The notes: generated by a model from the sequence alone, not told the origin. Positions 1 through 11,591 are shown, counted from the stretch's first letter. The stretch is 64,000 nt of DNA from Octopus sinensis (GCF_006345805.1 NC_043014.1:43400001-43464000), one strand, 5' to 3'. A program made the numbers and translations.

Positions 1-366
1 TAATTAACTATTAATGCGAGTATGTATATATATGTAAGTTTATGTATGTGGATGTGGCTGTCTGTATATACTTGTGTATCCATGTGTATAAATGTAAAAA
101 TTTGTGTATATATGTATGTGTGTATGTCTCTTTAAGTTTTGTCATCTTAATCTATATAATAATGTAGAATTTGAAAAATTAATTTTTTAGTAGATTAATT
201 CAGAATATTTTGAATCTTTCTGGTGCAAATTCTTGTAGTTAGTGTAAAATACACCATTATATTAGTAATTTAATATTAATTACATATTACAAGTAAGATG
301 TCTTCATTATACTAAATAATTATATGTAGAAATACATTCATTAAATTTATTAATTAACTGATGATG

Positions 367-400
<34 letters not shown>

Positions 401-474
401 GGTTTTATTTGACTTACTAACTAAATTTAATAACCACAATAATAATTATTATAGTATTGTATAATTTATAACTT

Positions 475-688
475 ACTCTTTAGTCTTTACTCATTTACTT
501 GTTTCAGTCATTTGACTGTTGCCATCCTGGAGCACCATCTTTAGTCGAGCAAATCGACCCCAAGACTTATCCTTTGTAAGCCTAGTACTTATTCTGTCGG
601 TCTCTTTTGCTGAATCGCTAAGTTACGGGGACGTAAATACACCAGCATCGGTTGTCAAGCGATGTTGGGGGGACAAACACAGACACAC

Positions 689-736
<48 letters not shown>

Positions 737-899
737 GATGGGCTTCTTTGAGTTTCCGTCTGCCAAATCCATTCACAAGGCTTTGGTCGGCCCGAGGCTA
801 TAGAAGAAGACACTTGCCCAAGGTGCCAAGCAGTGGGACTGAACCCGAAACCATGTGGTTGGTAAGCAAGCTACTTACCACACAGCCACCCCTCTGCCT
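475..899 (-). mobile_element. SINE family A (tRNA-derived head, internal TA/CA microsatellite, AAGAGTA-type tail), near full length
   Basis: Minus strand reads head TGGCTGTGTGG (A box)...GGTTCAGTCC (B box), CCTTGGGCAAGTGTCTT body and GACTGAAACAAGTAAA tail; about 25 full or partial copies in the window. Confidence 0.85.
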
Positions 900-1236
900 A
901 TTTAATCTTATTACAACAATACTATTTTGTTACTTCTGAAAGAATTAATAAAATTTGGATATATACCATTTATAGTCCTTTATTTAAAAAAAGATAATAT
1001 CAATTAAATTTATCGAGGATCGGTATTCAGTCCTTGTTTTTGTTTATCTTTATTTTATTTACTGAGTTCTCCCTTCCCTAATATACAAATATAGGGACAT
1101 TTACTTGTTAGTGTCTGTGAATAATCCTTATTTAAGTAACATCAAATCTGGTTACTTCTGAAAAACTAATAATATTTTGATATCTATTATTATTATAGCC
1201 TAACTCTATATCTATGGTGTAATATAGGTTGTAGTT

Positions 1237-1455
1237 CAGTGCTTTTCAAACTTTTTGCTGGAGCGGAACCCCAAGGAAACATTCTACTGGCTCGAGGAAC
1301 CCCTGTGCAATAATTTAATTGTCTTATGCACACATATCTGCACAGGAGAATTAAAAATTACTGCCGATTTTAGCAGTTTTGTAACTTCTTGTGGAACCCC
1401 TGGACTGTACTGGCGGAACCCTAAGGTTCCGCGGAACCCTGGTTGAAAACCACTG
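1237..1455. mobile_element. hAT-type MITE
   Basis: TIRs CAGTGCTTTTCAA / TTGAAAACCACTG; 8-bp TSD TTGTAGTT at 1229-1236 and 1456-1463. Confidence 0.85.
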
Positions 1456-2194
1456 TTGTAGTTATTATAGCTCTAAGTTCATCTTCTTATTTATTACGGA
1501 ATTCTCCCTCTGATAAATTAAGTAAATAAAGAACTTTTTCGTTAGGTTTCTCTTCATATTCATTACAAAATTTTCCCTCTGATAAGCTAAATAAATAAAG
1601 AACATTTTTCTGTTGGTTACTTTAAACAATTTTATTTTATATCAGCAACTTTAAATAAAGAGAAAAGCTGTTATATATATTACCAATTTAATAGTAAATT
1701 ATGATTTATATTTATTTACACATTTTATTACAGTCTCTAGATTAAGCAAGACTCTGATAGTTAATTTATATACCTATATATTGTTGTTACATGTTAGTAT
1801 AATAGTCAAAAATTGTTTTCTACCTAAACGAGTTTGGATTAATATAATTTGAGATATATAGAAATATATTTTGATAGTTGTAGATTCTGTACTTAATTAA
1901 TTTGTTCGTTATAATTAATTTGTTCGTTGAAAAGTTAATACTTATGCTCATAATATATTGGCATTTGAATTAATTTCTGTACAATCTAGCCATCATTTCA
2001 GACGGAATTTTGTCTGTCTTTAAGCTAAAGCTCTGATGAGACTTATATATAAGTTGAAACAAACTGTTGGCTCTTTTCAGTTTTTTTAATGGTTATTTAA
2101 TGTTATCTTATATTATATTCATAGTATATTATGTTATATTTCGTTTTTGGATTTAGTTTGCAAGATTCTTTATATGAGTTCGTGTGTTGAAGCA

Positions 2195-2930
2195 TATTCT
2201 GTTGTGTCTGGGGAGAGTCATTCTCTTTTAGTGCTTTATTATTTAACACACTCACCTGTAAAATTTCCACTTATTACTTATTTTTACTTTCCTAAAATTT
2301 TTGTTGTGTCTTGCAACCTTTTCAATAGTTTTGACTCTGTCCGTTATTTACCTCTGTTGTGTCTAGGGAGAGTCATTTTCTTTTTGTGCCTTATAATTTA
2401 ACACACTTACCGGTAAAATTTCCCCTTTTTCCTTATTCTTATTTTCCTAAAATTTTCATTGTGTCTTGCAACCTTTTCAATAGTTTTGACTCTGTCCGTT
2501 ATTTACCTCTGTTGTGTCTAGGGAGAGTCATTTTCTTTTTGTGCCTTATAATTTAACACACTTACCGGTAAAATTTCCCCTTTTTCCTTATTCCTATTTT
2601 CCTAAAATTTTCGTTGTGTCTTGCAACCTTTTCAATAGTTTTGACTCTGTCCGTTATTTACCTCTGTTGTGTCTAGGGAGAGTCATTTTCTTTTTGTGCC
2701 TTATAATTTAACACACTCACCTGTAAAATTTCCACTTATTACTTATTTTTATTTTCCTAAAATTTTCGTTGCGTCTTGCAACCTTTTCAATAGTCTTGAC
2801 TCGACTCTGAGAGTCAAGACTATTGAAAAGGTTGCAAAATGCAACGAAAATTTTAGGAAAATAAAAATAATAAGTGTGTTAAATAATAAGGCACTAAAAG
2901 AGAATGACTCTCCCCAGACACAACAGAATA
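2195..2930. repeat. Foldback/TIR element containing a 155-bp tandem array (about 4 units) plus one inverted partial unit
   Basis: Units start near 2199, 2353, 2508, 2663; 2808-2930 is an inverted, internally deleted unit; termini TATTCTGTTGTGTCTGGGGAGAGTC / GACTCTCCCCAGACACAACAGAATA. Confidence 0.85.
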
Positions 2931-3151
2931 TTATGTTGTATTATAAATAAATTATTGGATTGTCAATTCACTCTCTCTATTTAATTTATTGTTTGTAATT
3001 TGCATTATACCCATATCTATGTGGTATTCAACTGACGTACCAGTGAAGTGGATGTTTTACACACTCCTTTGAAGGAATTCCTTTTCTTAGTTTGTTACTT
3101 TATATATATATATCTGTGTGTGTGTGTGTGTGTGTGTGTATCTATCCATCC

Positions 3152-3478
3152 GTGAGGGCGCGTGGCTTAGTGGTTAGGGCATTCGGCTCATGATCGTAAG
3201 GTTGTGAGTTCGATTCCCGGCGACGCGTTGTGTCCTTGAGCAAGACACTTTATTTCACGTTGCTCCAGTCCATTCAGCTGGCAAAAATGAGTTGTACTTG
3301 TATTTCAAAGGGTCAGCCTTGTCACTCTCTGTCTCACGCTGATTATCCCCGAGAACTACGTTAAGGGTACACGTGTCTGTGGAATGCTCAGCCATTTGCA
3401 CGTTAATTCACGAGCAAGCTGTTCCGTTGATCGTATCAGCTGGGACCCTCGTCGTCGTAACCGGCGGAGTCTTTAGAG
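3152..3478 (+). mobile_element. SINE family D (tRNA head, GTGTCCTTGAGCAAGACACTT core)
   Basis: A box TGGCTTAGTGG, B box GAGTTCGATTCC; 12-bp TSD ATCTATCCATCC at 3140-3151 and 3479-3490. Confidence 0.85.
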
Positions 3479-3534
3479 ATCTATCCATCCATATATATAT
3501 ATGTATATATATATATATAATATATATATATATA

Positions 3535-3762
3535 GACCGGAGTAAACACATAAATGTGAAACAAGGTGGAAAAAAGAGTACTCAAATACCAGGGGTAGAG
3601 TAATATGCTTTATTTAAAAGCAGCAGAAAATTCAACAAAACCTGGTACTCAGAGTTTCACGTTCCCATTCATCGGACAGTTTTTAACAAAACTGTGCGAC
3701 GAACGGGAACGTGAAACTCCGAGTAACAGGTTTTGTTGAATTTCTGCTGCTTTTAAATAAAG
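3535..3762. mobile_element. Palindromic element (family P) with two opposed hammerhead-like motifs, inserted in (TA)n
   Basis: 75-bp inverted arms 3608-3683 / 3688-3762; each arm reads CTGT-(C/G)CGA(T/C)GA-A(T/C)G-GGAA-CGT-GAAA-CTC(T/C)GAG-TA-(A/C)CAG. Confidence 0.7.
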
Positions 3763-4066
3763 TATATATATATATATCCAGCTGTATTTATAGCACAGAA
3801 TCAATCATCTTGCTACAGTCAAAAATTGTGAAGCATGACTGTCACCACTACTACATGAACCCGAAGATTGCAGAATTCAATGCATGAAAGTACTAGTTCA
3901 ATCAGAATGAACATTTAACACTCTACTATTTCATTTTATTTTATTCTATTATAATATATTATCTTATAATATATCATTATAAGATTGTAAATAAAACGTG
4001 AAAATCAGACAAGGTTGGAATTCCTTTTATTAATATATTCTTCTATACACAATCACACACACACCC

Positions 4067-4099
<33 letters not shown>

Positions 4100-4117
4100 A
4101 TATTATATATATATATA

Positions 4118-4255
4118 GACCGGAGTAAACACATAAATGTGAAACAAGGTGGAAAAAAGAGTACTCAAATACCAGTGGTAGAGTAATATGCTTTACTTAA
4201 GCAGCAGAAAATTCAACAAAACTTGTTGTTGAATTTTCTGGTGCTTTGAATAAAG

Positions 4256-4256
<1 letters not shown>
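4118..4256. mobile_element. Family P copy with the central hammerhead hairpin deleted
   Basis: Same GACCGGAGTAAACACATAAATGTG... start as 3535; arms joined directly (...TTCAACAAAAC|TTGTTGTTGAATT...); flanked by (TA)n. Confidence 0.75.
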
Positions 4257-4287
<31 letters not shown>

Positions 4288-4912
4288 CACATTTATATAT
4301 AATGTACATGTGTAAGATAAATGTAGAAAGAACCATGGAGAAACATGTAAAAAAAAAAGTCTTTATTAATGATGTATCTCGAAGGGAATTCAGTTATAAA
4401 TAATAGCTTATAATACATTGATTAAAGAAACCCCTGGATGGCAGAAAGGCGGATTTTATCTGCTATTAGTTATAGCTGAATTCACTTGAAGGTACATCGT
4501 TAATAAAGACTTATAACACACACATATACTATTAAAGACTGTTTTTATCTTTTGATGCTTGAGGGTAGTTGAATGTTTTTCTGATGAGAATTAATTATTG
4601 ATGTAATTTCCTGCAATATAACGATGAAATGTAAAAGATCCAGTGTTGGATAATCGCTATAAATCAAATTACTCTGGCCTTCGGCTTAATTTATGATCTG
4701 AGCATGTGTTTCCGTCAAGAAAATAAGTTTACTTCATAACTAGTTAGTAAAGCTGGGGTAGTTTTTTTTAATAAATTTGCTCATCGGTACACCACTGGTG
4801 TTATTGCTGTTTAGCCTCTGGTCAGCCTTTATCGAGTGGTCTTATAATCAACAAGCATTCCAGTTGTGACCATCCTAACTTCAGTGAGACTTTATTGCAG
4901 ATATCCTTTGTC

Positions 4913-5328
4913 GGATCTTTTCGGTTTGAACGGCAGTTTTTTCTAGCGGTGTCATATGAAATTGTCACCCATAATTATGACCCTAGTATCGATCTATTGC
5001 ATTTCGACCTGTTTTAGGGTTAGGGGTGGGGGGAAGGGTATCTTTTTTCTTCACAAATGTAAATAAACCCAATCTGTTTCTTAAATGAGGGACATATTTA
5101 TACAGCACAGAATATTTTTTTTACCTCAATAGACGTCATTGATTGGTTGAAATTACAGAAATTGAAGAAAAAAACAACAACAAATATCTTACAAACTATA
5201 GAATTTTCTCAATAAAGCCAAGAGAAAAAGATGTTTTATAAACACATTCTACCAGTATAACGAAGTTTAAAAGTGTTTAGTTATGTGGAAATTATTTAAA
5301 AAAACTGCTGTTCAAACCGAAAAGGTCC
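4913..5328. mobile_element. MITE with GG-terminal TIRs and 8-bp TSD (Merlin-like)
   Basis: TIR GGATCTTTTCGGTTTGAACGGCAG / CTGCTGTTCAAACCGAAAAGGTCC; TSD CCTTTGTC at 4905-4912 and 5329-5336. Confidence 0.8.
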
Positions 5329-5356
5329 CCTTTGTCTAAAGACAGTGTTTTATTCT

Positions 5357-5990
5357 TAAACCCTTAGCATTCTGATTTATTGTGTCAGATGTAACGCTTA
5401 GTCATTCATTGTTTTGAATTAATAATGCTTAATCTCATTGCTCTCAGATTTCAATGGTGTGATAGTTTACTTTTAGAATCTCTCTATATATAAAGCTGAA
5501 GTTGTCTGTGTATGGCAGGTTTGGTAGCCTTCAACTAATACTATCTCCTCGGAGACCCTGCGGTGCAAGTTGACCAAAATTGAGAGTATGATAGAAGAAG
5601 GCTTGCTCTTCATTCCGTAGAAGAAAAAAATTCAAATCAGACCATGTTAATACCAAAAATTATTTACATCAAAAAGGTGCTTTTTTTTTCTCTGAAAATC
5701 CCTATTTTTTACGATTTTTTTTGACTGCTGTGTCGTCATTTTTCAGTGTATTTCAACCTGAATAATCTTCACTTAAAGAGAATAACGAGCTACATAATGC
5801 AAAACTTTAACTTTCCAAAATTCCAATTCTAAAGGGTCGAAAAGAAAACAAGCCCGAGCAACGCTGGGCTATACTGCTAGTGACATTAAAAGTTAAGTGT
5901 GAGAGACCGGATCTAGCCTGTTTAGATATAAAAAAGGCGGACTATTTGGGTTGGGTGTGGCTAGTTTAAATACCAAAGGATTGAATTAAT
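5357..5990 (+). mobile_element. piggyBac-type MITE family G, split by a Helitron
   Basis: Matches other family G copies (TTAACCCTTTAGCATT...AATGCTAAAGGGTTAA); consensus AGAA|TGAC interrupted at 5478/5881. Confidence 0.7.
5479..5880 (+). mobile_element. Non-autonomous Helitron
   Basis: Starts TC, ends CTAG, inserted between A and T with no TSD; subterminal hairpin GCCCGAGCAACGCTGGGC. Confidence 0.85.
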
Positions 5991-6468
5991 GCTTTATTAG
6001 TATTATAATTTTAAGACGATGCATTCTTTTTCTCTCAAGGTACTTATTTCTAGCAAGCTGAGAAGTAACGTAGAAGTATCCCTGTTGGCTCACTCTTAAC
6101 TATGGAAGAACATTAGGAACAATAATCTAGAAAAATGTTTTTCAGACCTCATTTGTCACATCCTTTTCGTTATCAAATGTCTATTTGCTGTGATGTAACA
6201 CCTACTCATTTTTTTTTTCAAGTACAAACACACACTGTCAGGCCAGATTATTTTAATTCCGGGTACTACTTTGTCGTTACCATTTACCCCTGGATCACAC
6301 TGCTATAAGCAAATACTACACTCATCGGTAATATACATTTGGTTTTGTTTGTTTAATTACATTTTGAAGAATATTATTACATTTTGGTTTGGCTCAGGTT
6401 TAGTCTTATTCCTGGTAGGATTTATATGGGCATCGGATTACTACCTGTAACTTATTATTATTATTATT

Positions 6469-7024
6469 GAGTGAGAGAGCAGTGCATGCCATCAAAGTGA
6501 CACTGGGGTAAAATATATGAAGCCCAGTATACCCATCATGACTACCCGTCTGATAAGGGTACACTAGGCACATGCATCACAACCATATGTGCGCGACATG
6601 GTTATCTCATATCAAGATAAACAACACATGACCTTGCAGGTGGGGCCCAGTTAGAATTTTCTTCTGGTCGAGTAACCCATCCCGCTCAAAAGGTCCCTGA
6701 ATAAGGGTTGTTTAAGGATGTTGAACGAAACACCCATGTTTCCAGAGGTGAATTATTCAAACCCCAAAGAATCCCTCTCAACGCATGGCTATGATGCTCC
6801 CCCACTACTTCTGCTCGTGATCAGAGATGCACATATCGTCAGCCACTAAGGGACATGCTCAACTGGTTATGGTCAAACAACTGACAAGTAAATCTGTGGT
6901 ATTGAGCAGAATATTTGCTGTAGCCCATCTTTTATACCAAGACAAAACAATGTACATGATAACACTTCCAATCAGTGAAGATCAGAAGCCATGAGAGCCA
7001 CTGTCTGGTACTACATCAGGGCAT
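6469..7024 (-). mobile_element. Family F, about 555-bp element embedded in (ATT/TAA)n
   Basis: Second copy with the same ends at 50667-51206; both flanked on both sides by (ATT)n; strand inferred from the ...CTCTCACTC(AAT)n tail. Confidence 0.75.
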
Positions 7025-7149
7025 ATTATTATTATTATTATCATCATCATCATCATCATCACCGTTGTTGTTGTCGTAGGTGTGTTAGTGGTTCACAATC
7101 TGTTTATTATGATATTCTTTTTTTTTTTGTTCTATATATTTTAGAGTTA

Positions 7150-7330
7150 AGGAATTCTGTATGTTATTTACATAATCTACATTGGACGCAGATGTGTCCT
7201 CATCTTGTTTGTTGTTATCACAACATTTCGGCTGATTTACTCTCCAGCCTTCATCAGGTGTCCTGGTAGAATTTTGAACCCAACTCTAGGTTTTCACTCC
7301 TTGGGTATTTTTTCCTGATGCTTTAATTAT
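7150..7330 (-). mobile_element. Family Q fragment with a hammerhead-like motif
   Basis: Minus strand GACAC-CTGATGA-A-GGCTG..CAGCC-GAAA-TGTT-GTGAT (about 7216-7262); homologous to 37440-37970. Confidence 0.65.
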
Positions 7331-7634
7331 CATTATTCTTATTGTTTATTCATGTTGTTGTTATTATTATTTATATGAATAAATAATAATAATAATAATA
7401 ATGATTTAAATAATAGACAAAAACTTTCTTTCAGTTACATTCAAGATATATAATTGTACTTGAATAAATATTCTGTAGGCACTTTTCACACAGAAACTAT
7501 ACACTCTTATCTTTCTGATTAAAATTTTATATATATATGTGTGTGTGTGTAAAAATCGACACTGCTTAGCAAAACCACACACACACACACACATATACAT
7601 ACATATATACATACATACATACATATACATATAT

Positions 7635-7665
<31 letters not shown>

Positions 7666-8424
7666 CATATATACATACACACATACACACATATATATAC
7701 ATACATACATATATACACACACACACACATATATATTATTCCTAACTTTTAACCTTTTTTGACATCAGTCCACCTGAGACCACATGTAGTTCTAAGATAT
7801 GAATCTTATTTTACCATATTCATAGTTAAATAAATTTTGTGCCAGATTCTTCCTTTGTTAGTCTTTGTCCCAAACACTAGCTTAATACTCGATAAAAATA
7901 TTTCTGCTAAATATTCTTCAAAATGTTGATTATTTAAAAAAATCTAGTTGCAAAACAAAGGCTCTATATTTTGTTGGAAATGATATCATGACAGGGTTAA
8001 GCCTTTTGTTAATATATTTCTGTAAAAATACACTAATTTTTGTTTAATTTAGTTTAGAAAAATAATTAAGAATTTAGTAAAATAACTTTGTCGGGAAATA
8101 AGCTGGTGTTTGGAATATAAATTACCGTGAAGTTTTTAATGTAGAGTTTAATTTACATTACTTTAAAACAGGAAGTTTCTATTATTGAACGAAAGGTGGG
8201 TGTAGTTGGGTTGGTGGCTAAAGAGATAATGTTGGAAATTAGAGAAAACCATTTTGAAAAAAGAGTCTCTCACTTAGAGAGAAAGAAAGGGAGAGGGGGG
8301 GGCGAAATTGCATCATGCAACAAGAAATACTTTGTTGTTACTTGACCTGTTAGAAATGACAGTTAAATCTTCTTCGAATTGCACCTGGTCTTCTTTAAAG
8401 AAAATGGGAAGGGCATATTTGATT

Positions 8425-8810
8425 CATCATCATTATCGTTTAACGTCTGCTTTCCATGCTAGCATGGGTTGGACGATTTTGACTGAGGGCTGGCAAACCA
8501 GATGATTGCACCAGGCTCCAATCTTGATTTGGCAGAGTTTCTACAGCTGGATGCCCTTCCTAAACGCCAACCACTCCGAGAGTGCAGTGGGTGCTTTTTA
8601 CGTGCCACCAGCACGGGGGCCAGTTTGGCGGTACTGGCAACAGCCTCGCTCGAATCCTTTTACACGTGCCACCAGCACAGGTGCCACTAAGGCGACGTTG
8701 GTAACGATCATGCTCGAATGGTGCCCTTTTACGTGTCACTGGCATGGAACCCGGTTAGCCGCTCTGTCAATGATCACGCTTGTATGGTGCTCTTTGCACC
8801 CTGCTAGCAC
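8425..8810 (-). mobile_element. SINE family C (RTE-type 3' end, (GAT)n tail) with about 200-bp flanking duplication
   Basis: GGCGTTTAGGAAGGGCATCCAGCTGTAG...ACCCATGCTAGCATGGAAAGCAGACGTTAAACGAT tail; direct repeats 8228-8424 and 8811-9014. Confidence 0.85.
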
Positions 8811-9169
8811 AATGTTAGAAATTAGAGAAAAGCATTTTGAAAAAAGAATCTCTCACTTAGAGAGAGAGAGAGAGAGAGAATGAGAGTGAGAGAGAAATTG
8901 TGTCATGCAACAAGAAATACTTTGTTGTTACTTGACCTGTTAGAAATGACAGTTAAATCTTCTTCGAATAGCACCTGGTTTTCTTTAAAGGAAATGGGAA
9001 GGGCATATTTGATTGATAACAATCTTCATAGTAGGTGTAGTCATGGCAGGAATGTCTTTGCTCAGTCAGGGTTTGGTCAGTTTTCTCCTTGTTCTGATCT
9101 CTGCAACTCCCTGTTAATTTGATCACTGTTCTTATTAAATATAGTTTTTTTTTTTCTTTTAAAATTTTT

Positions 9170-9566
9170 GGATCTTTTCCGTTTGAACAGCAGTTTTTAC
9201 TAGCGGTGTCATATGAAATTGTTACCCATAATTATGACCCTAGTATCGATCTATTGCATTTCAGTCTGTTTTAGGGGTGGGGGGATGGGTGTCTTTTTTT
9301 TCTTCACAAATGTAAATAAACCCAATCTGTTTCATAAATGAGAGACATATTCATACGGCACAGAATGTTTTTACCTCAATAGATGTAATTGATTGGTTGA
9401 AATTGCAGAAAAGCAACAACAAATATCTTACAAACTATAGAATTTTCTCAATAAAGCCAAGAGAAGAAGATGTTTTATAAACACATTCTACCAGTATACG
9501 AAGTTTAAAAGTGTTTAGTTACGTGGAAATTATTTTAAAAAACTGCCGGTCAAACCGAAAAGATCC
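9170..9566. mobile_element. Merlin-like MITE, second copy
   Basis: Same TIRs as 4913-5328; 8-bp TSD AAATTTTT at 9162-9169 and 9567-9574. Confidence 0.8.
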
Positions 9567-10178
9567 AAATTTTTTCACTTGCAAAGTCACTCTGAATCTC
9601 ACTTCTATGAGCACATACACTTGTTTATATGTACTTATATATACACCTATATATCAGTACATTTCCTTGTCATTCTACCTGTGAAAGTATATCGAGGCCA
9701 TAGTTGCAGCTAGTTTTTCAATTTTCAGTATCAATTAAATTTTACCGTGTAAAAGTAAATAGAATAGTAAGTACAATAGTAATGCAAGTTGACAACCTGT
9801 AAGACTTGTTGATATACGTATACAATAGCATATAATACTACTATAGATATTTCATTACTTGTACATATGATAAAGCTGACCTCTGGGGTATGTATAATAA
9901 CAGTATTGTAATGTGTACTTAGCTTGCGATTGTAAAATGTAACTGAAGTATGTTTACACTGCGGTCTTTATAAGATGCACACAGTGTTCTTTTCTACTCT
10001 AAGCACAAGGCTCCCAAATTTTTTTGGGGTTGTGGAGGTCAGTTGATTAGGTCAACCCCAGTACGCAACTAGTGCTTAATTTATCGACTCCAAAAGGATG
10101 AAAAGCAAAGCTGACCTTGGCGGAATTTTAACTCAGAATGTAAAGACAGATGAAATACCAAAGAGGAATGTTGTGTTA

Positions 10179-10559
10179 TCTCTCTCTATATAAACGGCAG
10201 TTTGTCTGTGTGCGTTTTCTGTGTGTCTGTTTGCTTGTACCCTCACTCTGACCACGGCTTTCAACCGATTCTGATGAAACTTGACACACACATAGCCCAA
10301 TGTCATAATTCAAAACTAACGCAGCGAAAATTTTGAAAAGTTCCCCCAGTTCTGAAAAAAATCGATAAATTCGACATGGGGTCGAGAATCAGAAACCCAA
10401 ACCACAGACCGTCTAGGGGACGCAACTCCACCTTTTTAACTCAAAAAAAATTTACCATCATTTTTTTTCCATTTTTTGCTATTTTTTGGCTATAACTCTC
10501 TAAAAATGCTTTATAGTTATTTCCCTTACAACCCGAGCAACGCCGGGCGATACTGCTAG
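10179..10559 (+). mobile_element. Non-autonomous Helitron, second subfamily
   Basis: A|TC...CTAG|T; hairpin CCCGAGCAACGCCGGG; 3' end shared with 5479-5880, different interior. Confidence 0.85.
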
Positions 10560-10709
10560 TAGAAGCTAAAAGTGGTATCAAAAAGGGTTTGATAGCTATG
10601 AAGAAGAATGTATCTTTGAACTTGATGATTGAGATTGAAAACATCTATAATATCTTCTTGTATGTGAATGTACAGTAGACCCATCAATAAGTCTAGCATG
10701 TTCTATTAT

Positions 10710-10941
10710 ATATTTCTTTATTGCCCACAAGGGGCTAAACATAGAGGGCACAAACAAGGACAGACAAAGGGATTAAGTCGATTACATCGACCCCAGTGCG
10801 AAACTGGTACTTTATTTATCGACCCCGAAAGGATGAAAGGCAAAGTCGACCTCGGCGGAATTTGAACTCAGAATGTAACGACAGACGAAATACTGCTAAG
10901 CATTTCGCCTGGCGCGCTAACGTGTCTGCCAGCTTGCCGCC
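10710..10941 (-). mobile_element. SINE family B (central block resembles the Deu/Nin domain)
   Basis: Minus strand GGCGGCAAGCTGGCAGACACGTTAGC head and GTCGACTTTGCCTTTCATCCTTTCGGGGTCGATAAATAAAGTACCAG block; about 10 copies in window; domain name from recall, not searched. Confidence 0.75.
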
Positions 10942-11122
10942 CTCTATTATATGTGACAGCTCTGGTGAAGAAACTATTTCTGAATCCTATTTTTCTAGGC
11001 TTTTAAATATCCCTGAAAAGACAATAATGATAAATGGTCTGACGAAGGTCCAAGCTGATCTCGCTTTATGAGTGGGAGAGAAATACAGTAGTTTTCCACA
11101 ATCTGCTGCACTTTCTTCCAGT

Positions 11123-11591
11123 TTAACCCTTTCATTACTGTATTTATTTTGAGATGCTCTGTATTTCTTTCAATTACTTTAAATATAACAAAGAATTTAG
11201 TAAAATAACTTGGTTATCATTAAGCTAGTGTTAGGAACATAAATTGTGACTAAGGTTTGGTGGAAGATTTGAATTCAAAACTTATGAAAACAAGACATTT
11301 GTACAACAGAGCCAGAGCCGGTTTTAGTTGGGTTGGTATTGAAAGGGTTAAATTAATCATTTGTTAACCCTTTTGTTACTGTATTTCTGTTGAGATGTTC
11401 TGTGTTTCTTTCAATTACTTTAAATATAAAGAAGAATTTAGAAAAATAACTTAGTTATCATTAAGCTAGTGTTAGGAACATAAATTGTGACTAAGGTTTG
11501 GTGGAAGATTTTAATTCAAATCTTATGGAAACAAGACATTTGTACTCAGAGCCAGAGCCGGTTTCAGCCGGGTTGGTAATGAAAGTATTAA
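11123..11591. mobile_element. Two tandem piggyBac-type MITEs, family H
   Basis: Copies 11123-11351 and 11364-11591; TTAA-CCCTTT...AAAGGG-TTAA ends. Confidence 0.85.

Noticed and set aside
3152-3230. Possible tRNA gene (also the heads of SINE A, E and Q)
   Set aside because: A and B boxes are present but there is no complete cloverleaf, and each continues into a SINE body; the D and E copies checked have TSDs.
6990-7024. U2 snRNA-like CTGGTACT(G/A)CA at the end of family F
   Set aside because: The match is only about 10 nt and no other U2 sequence is present.
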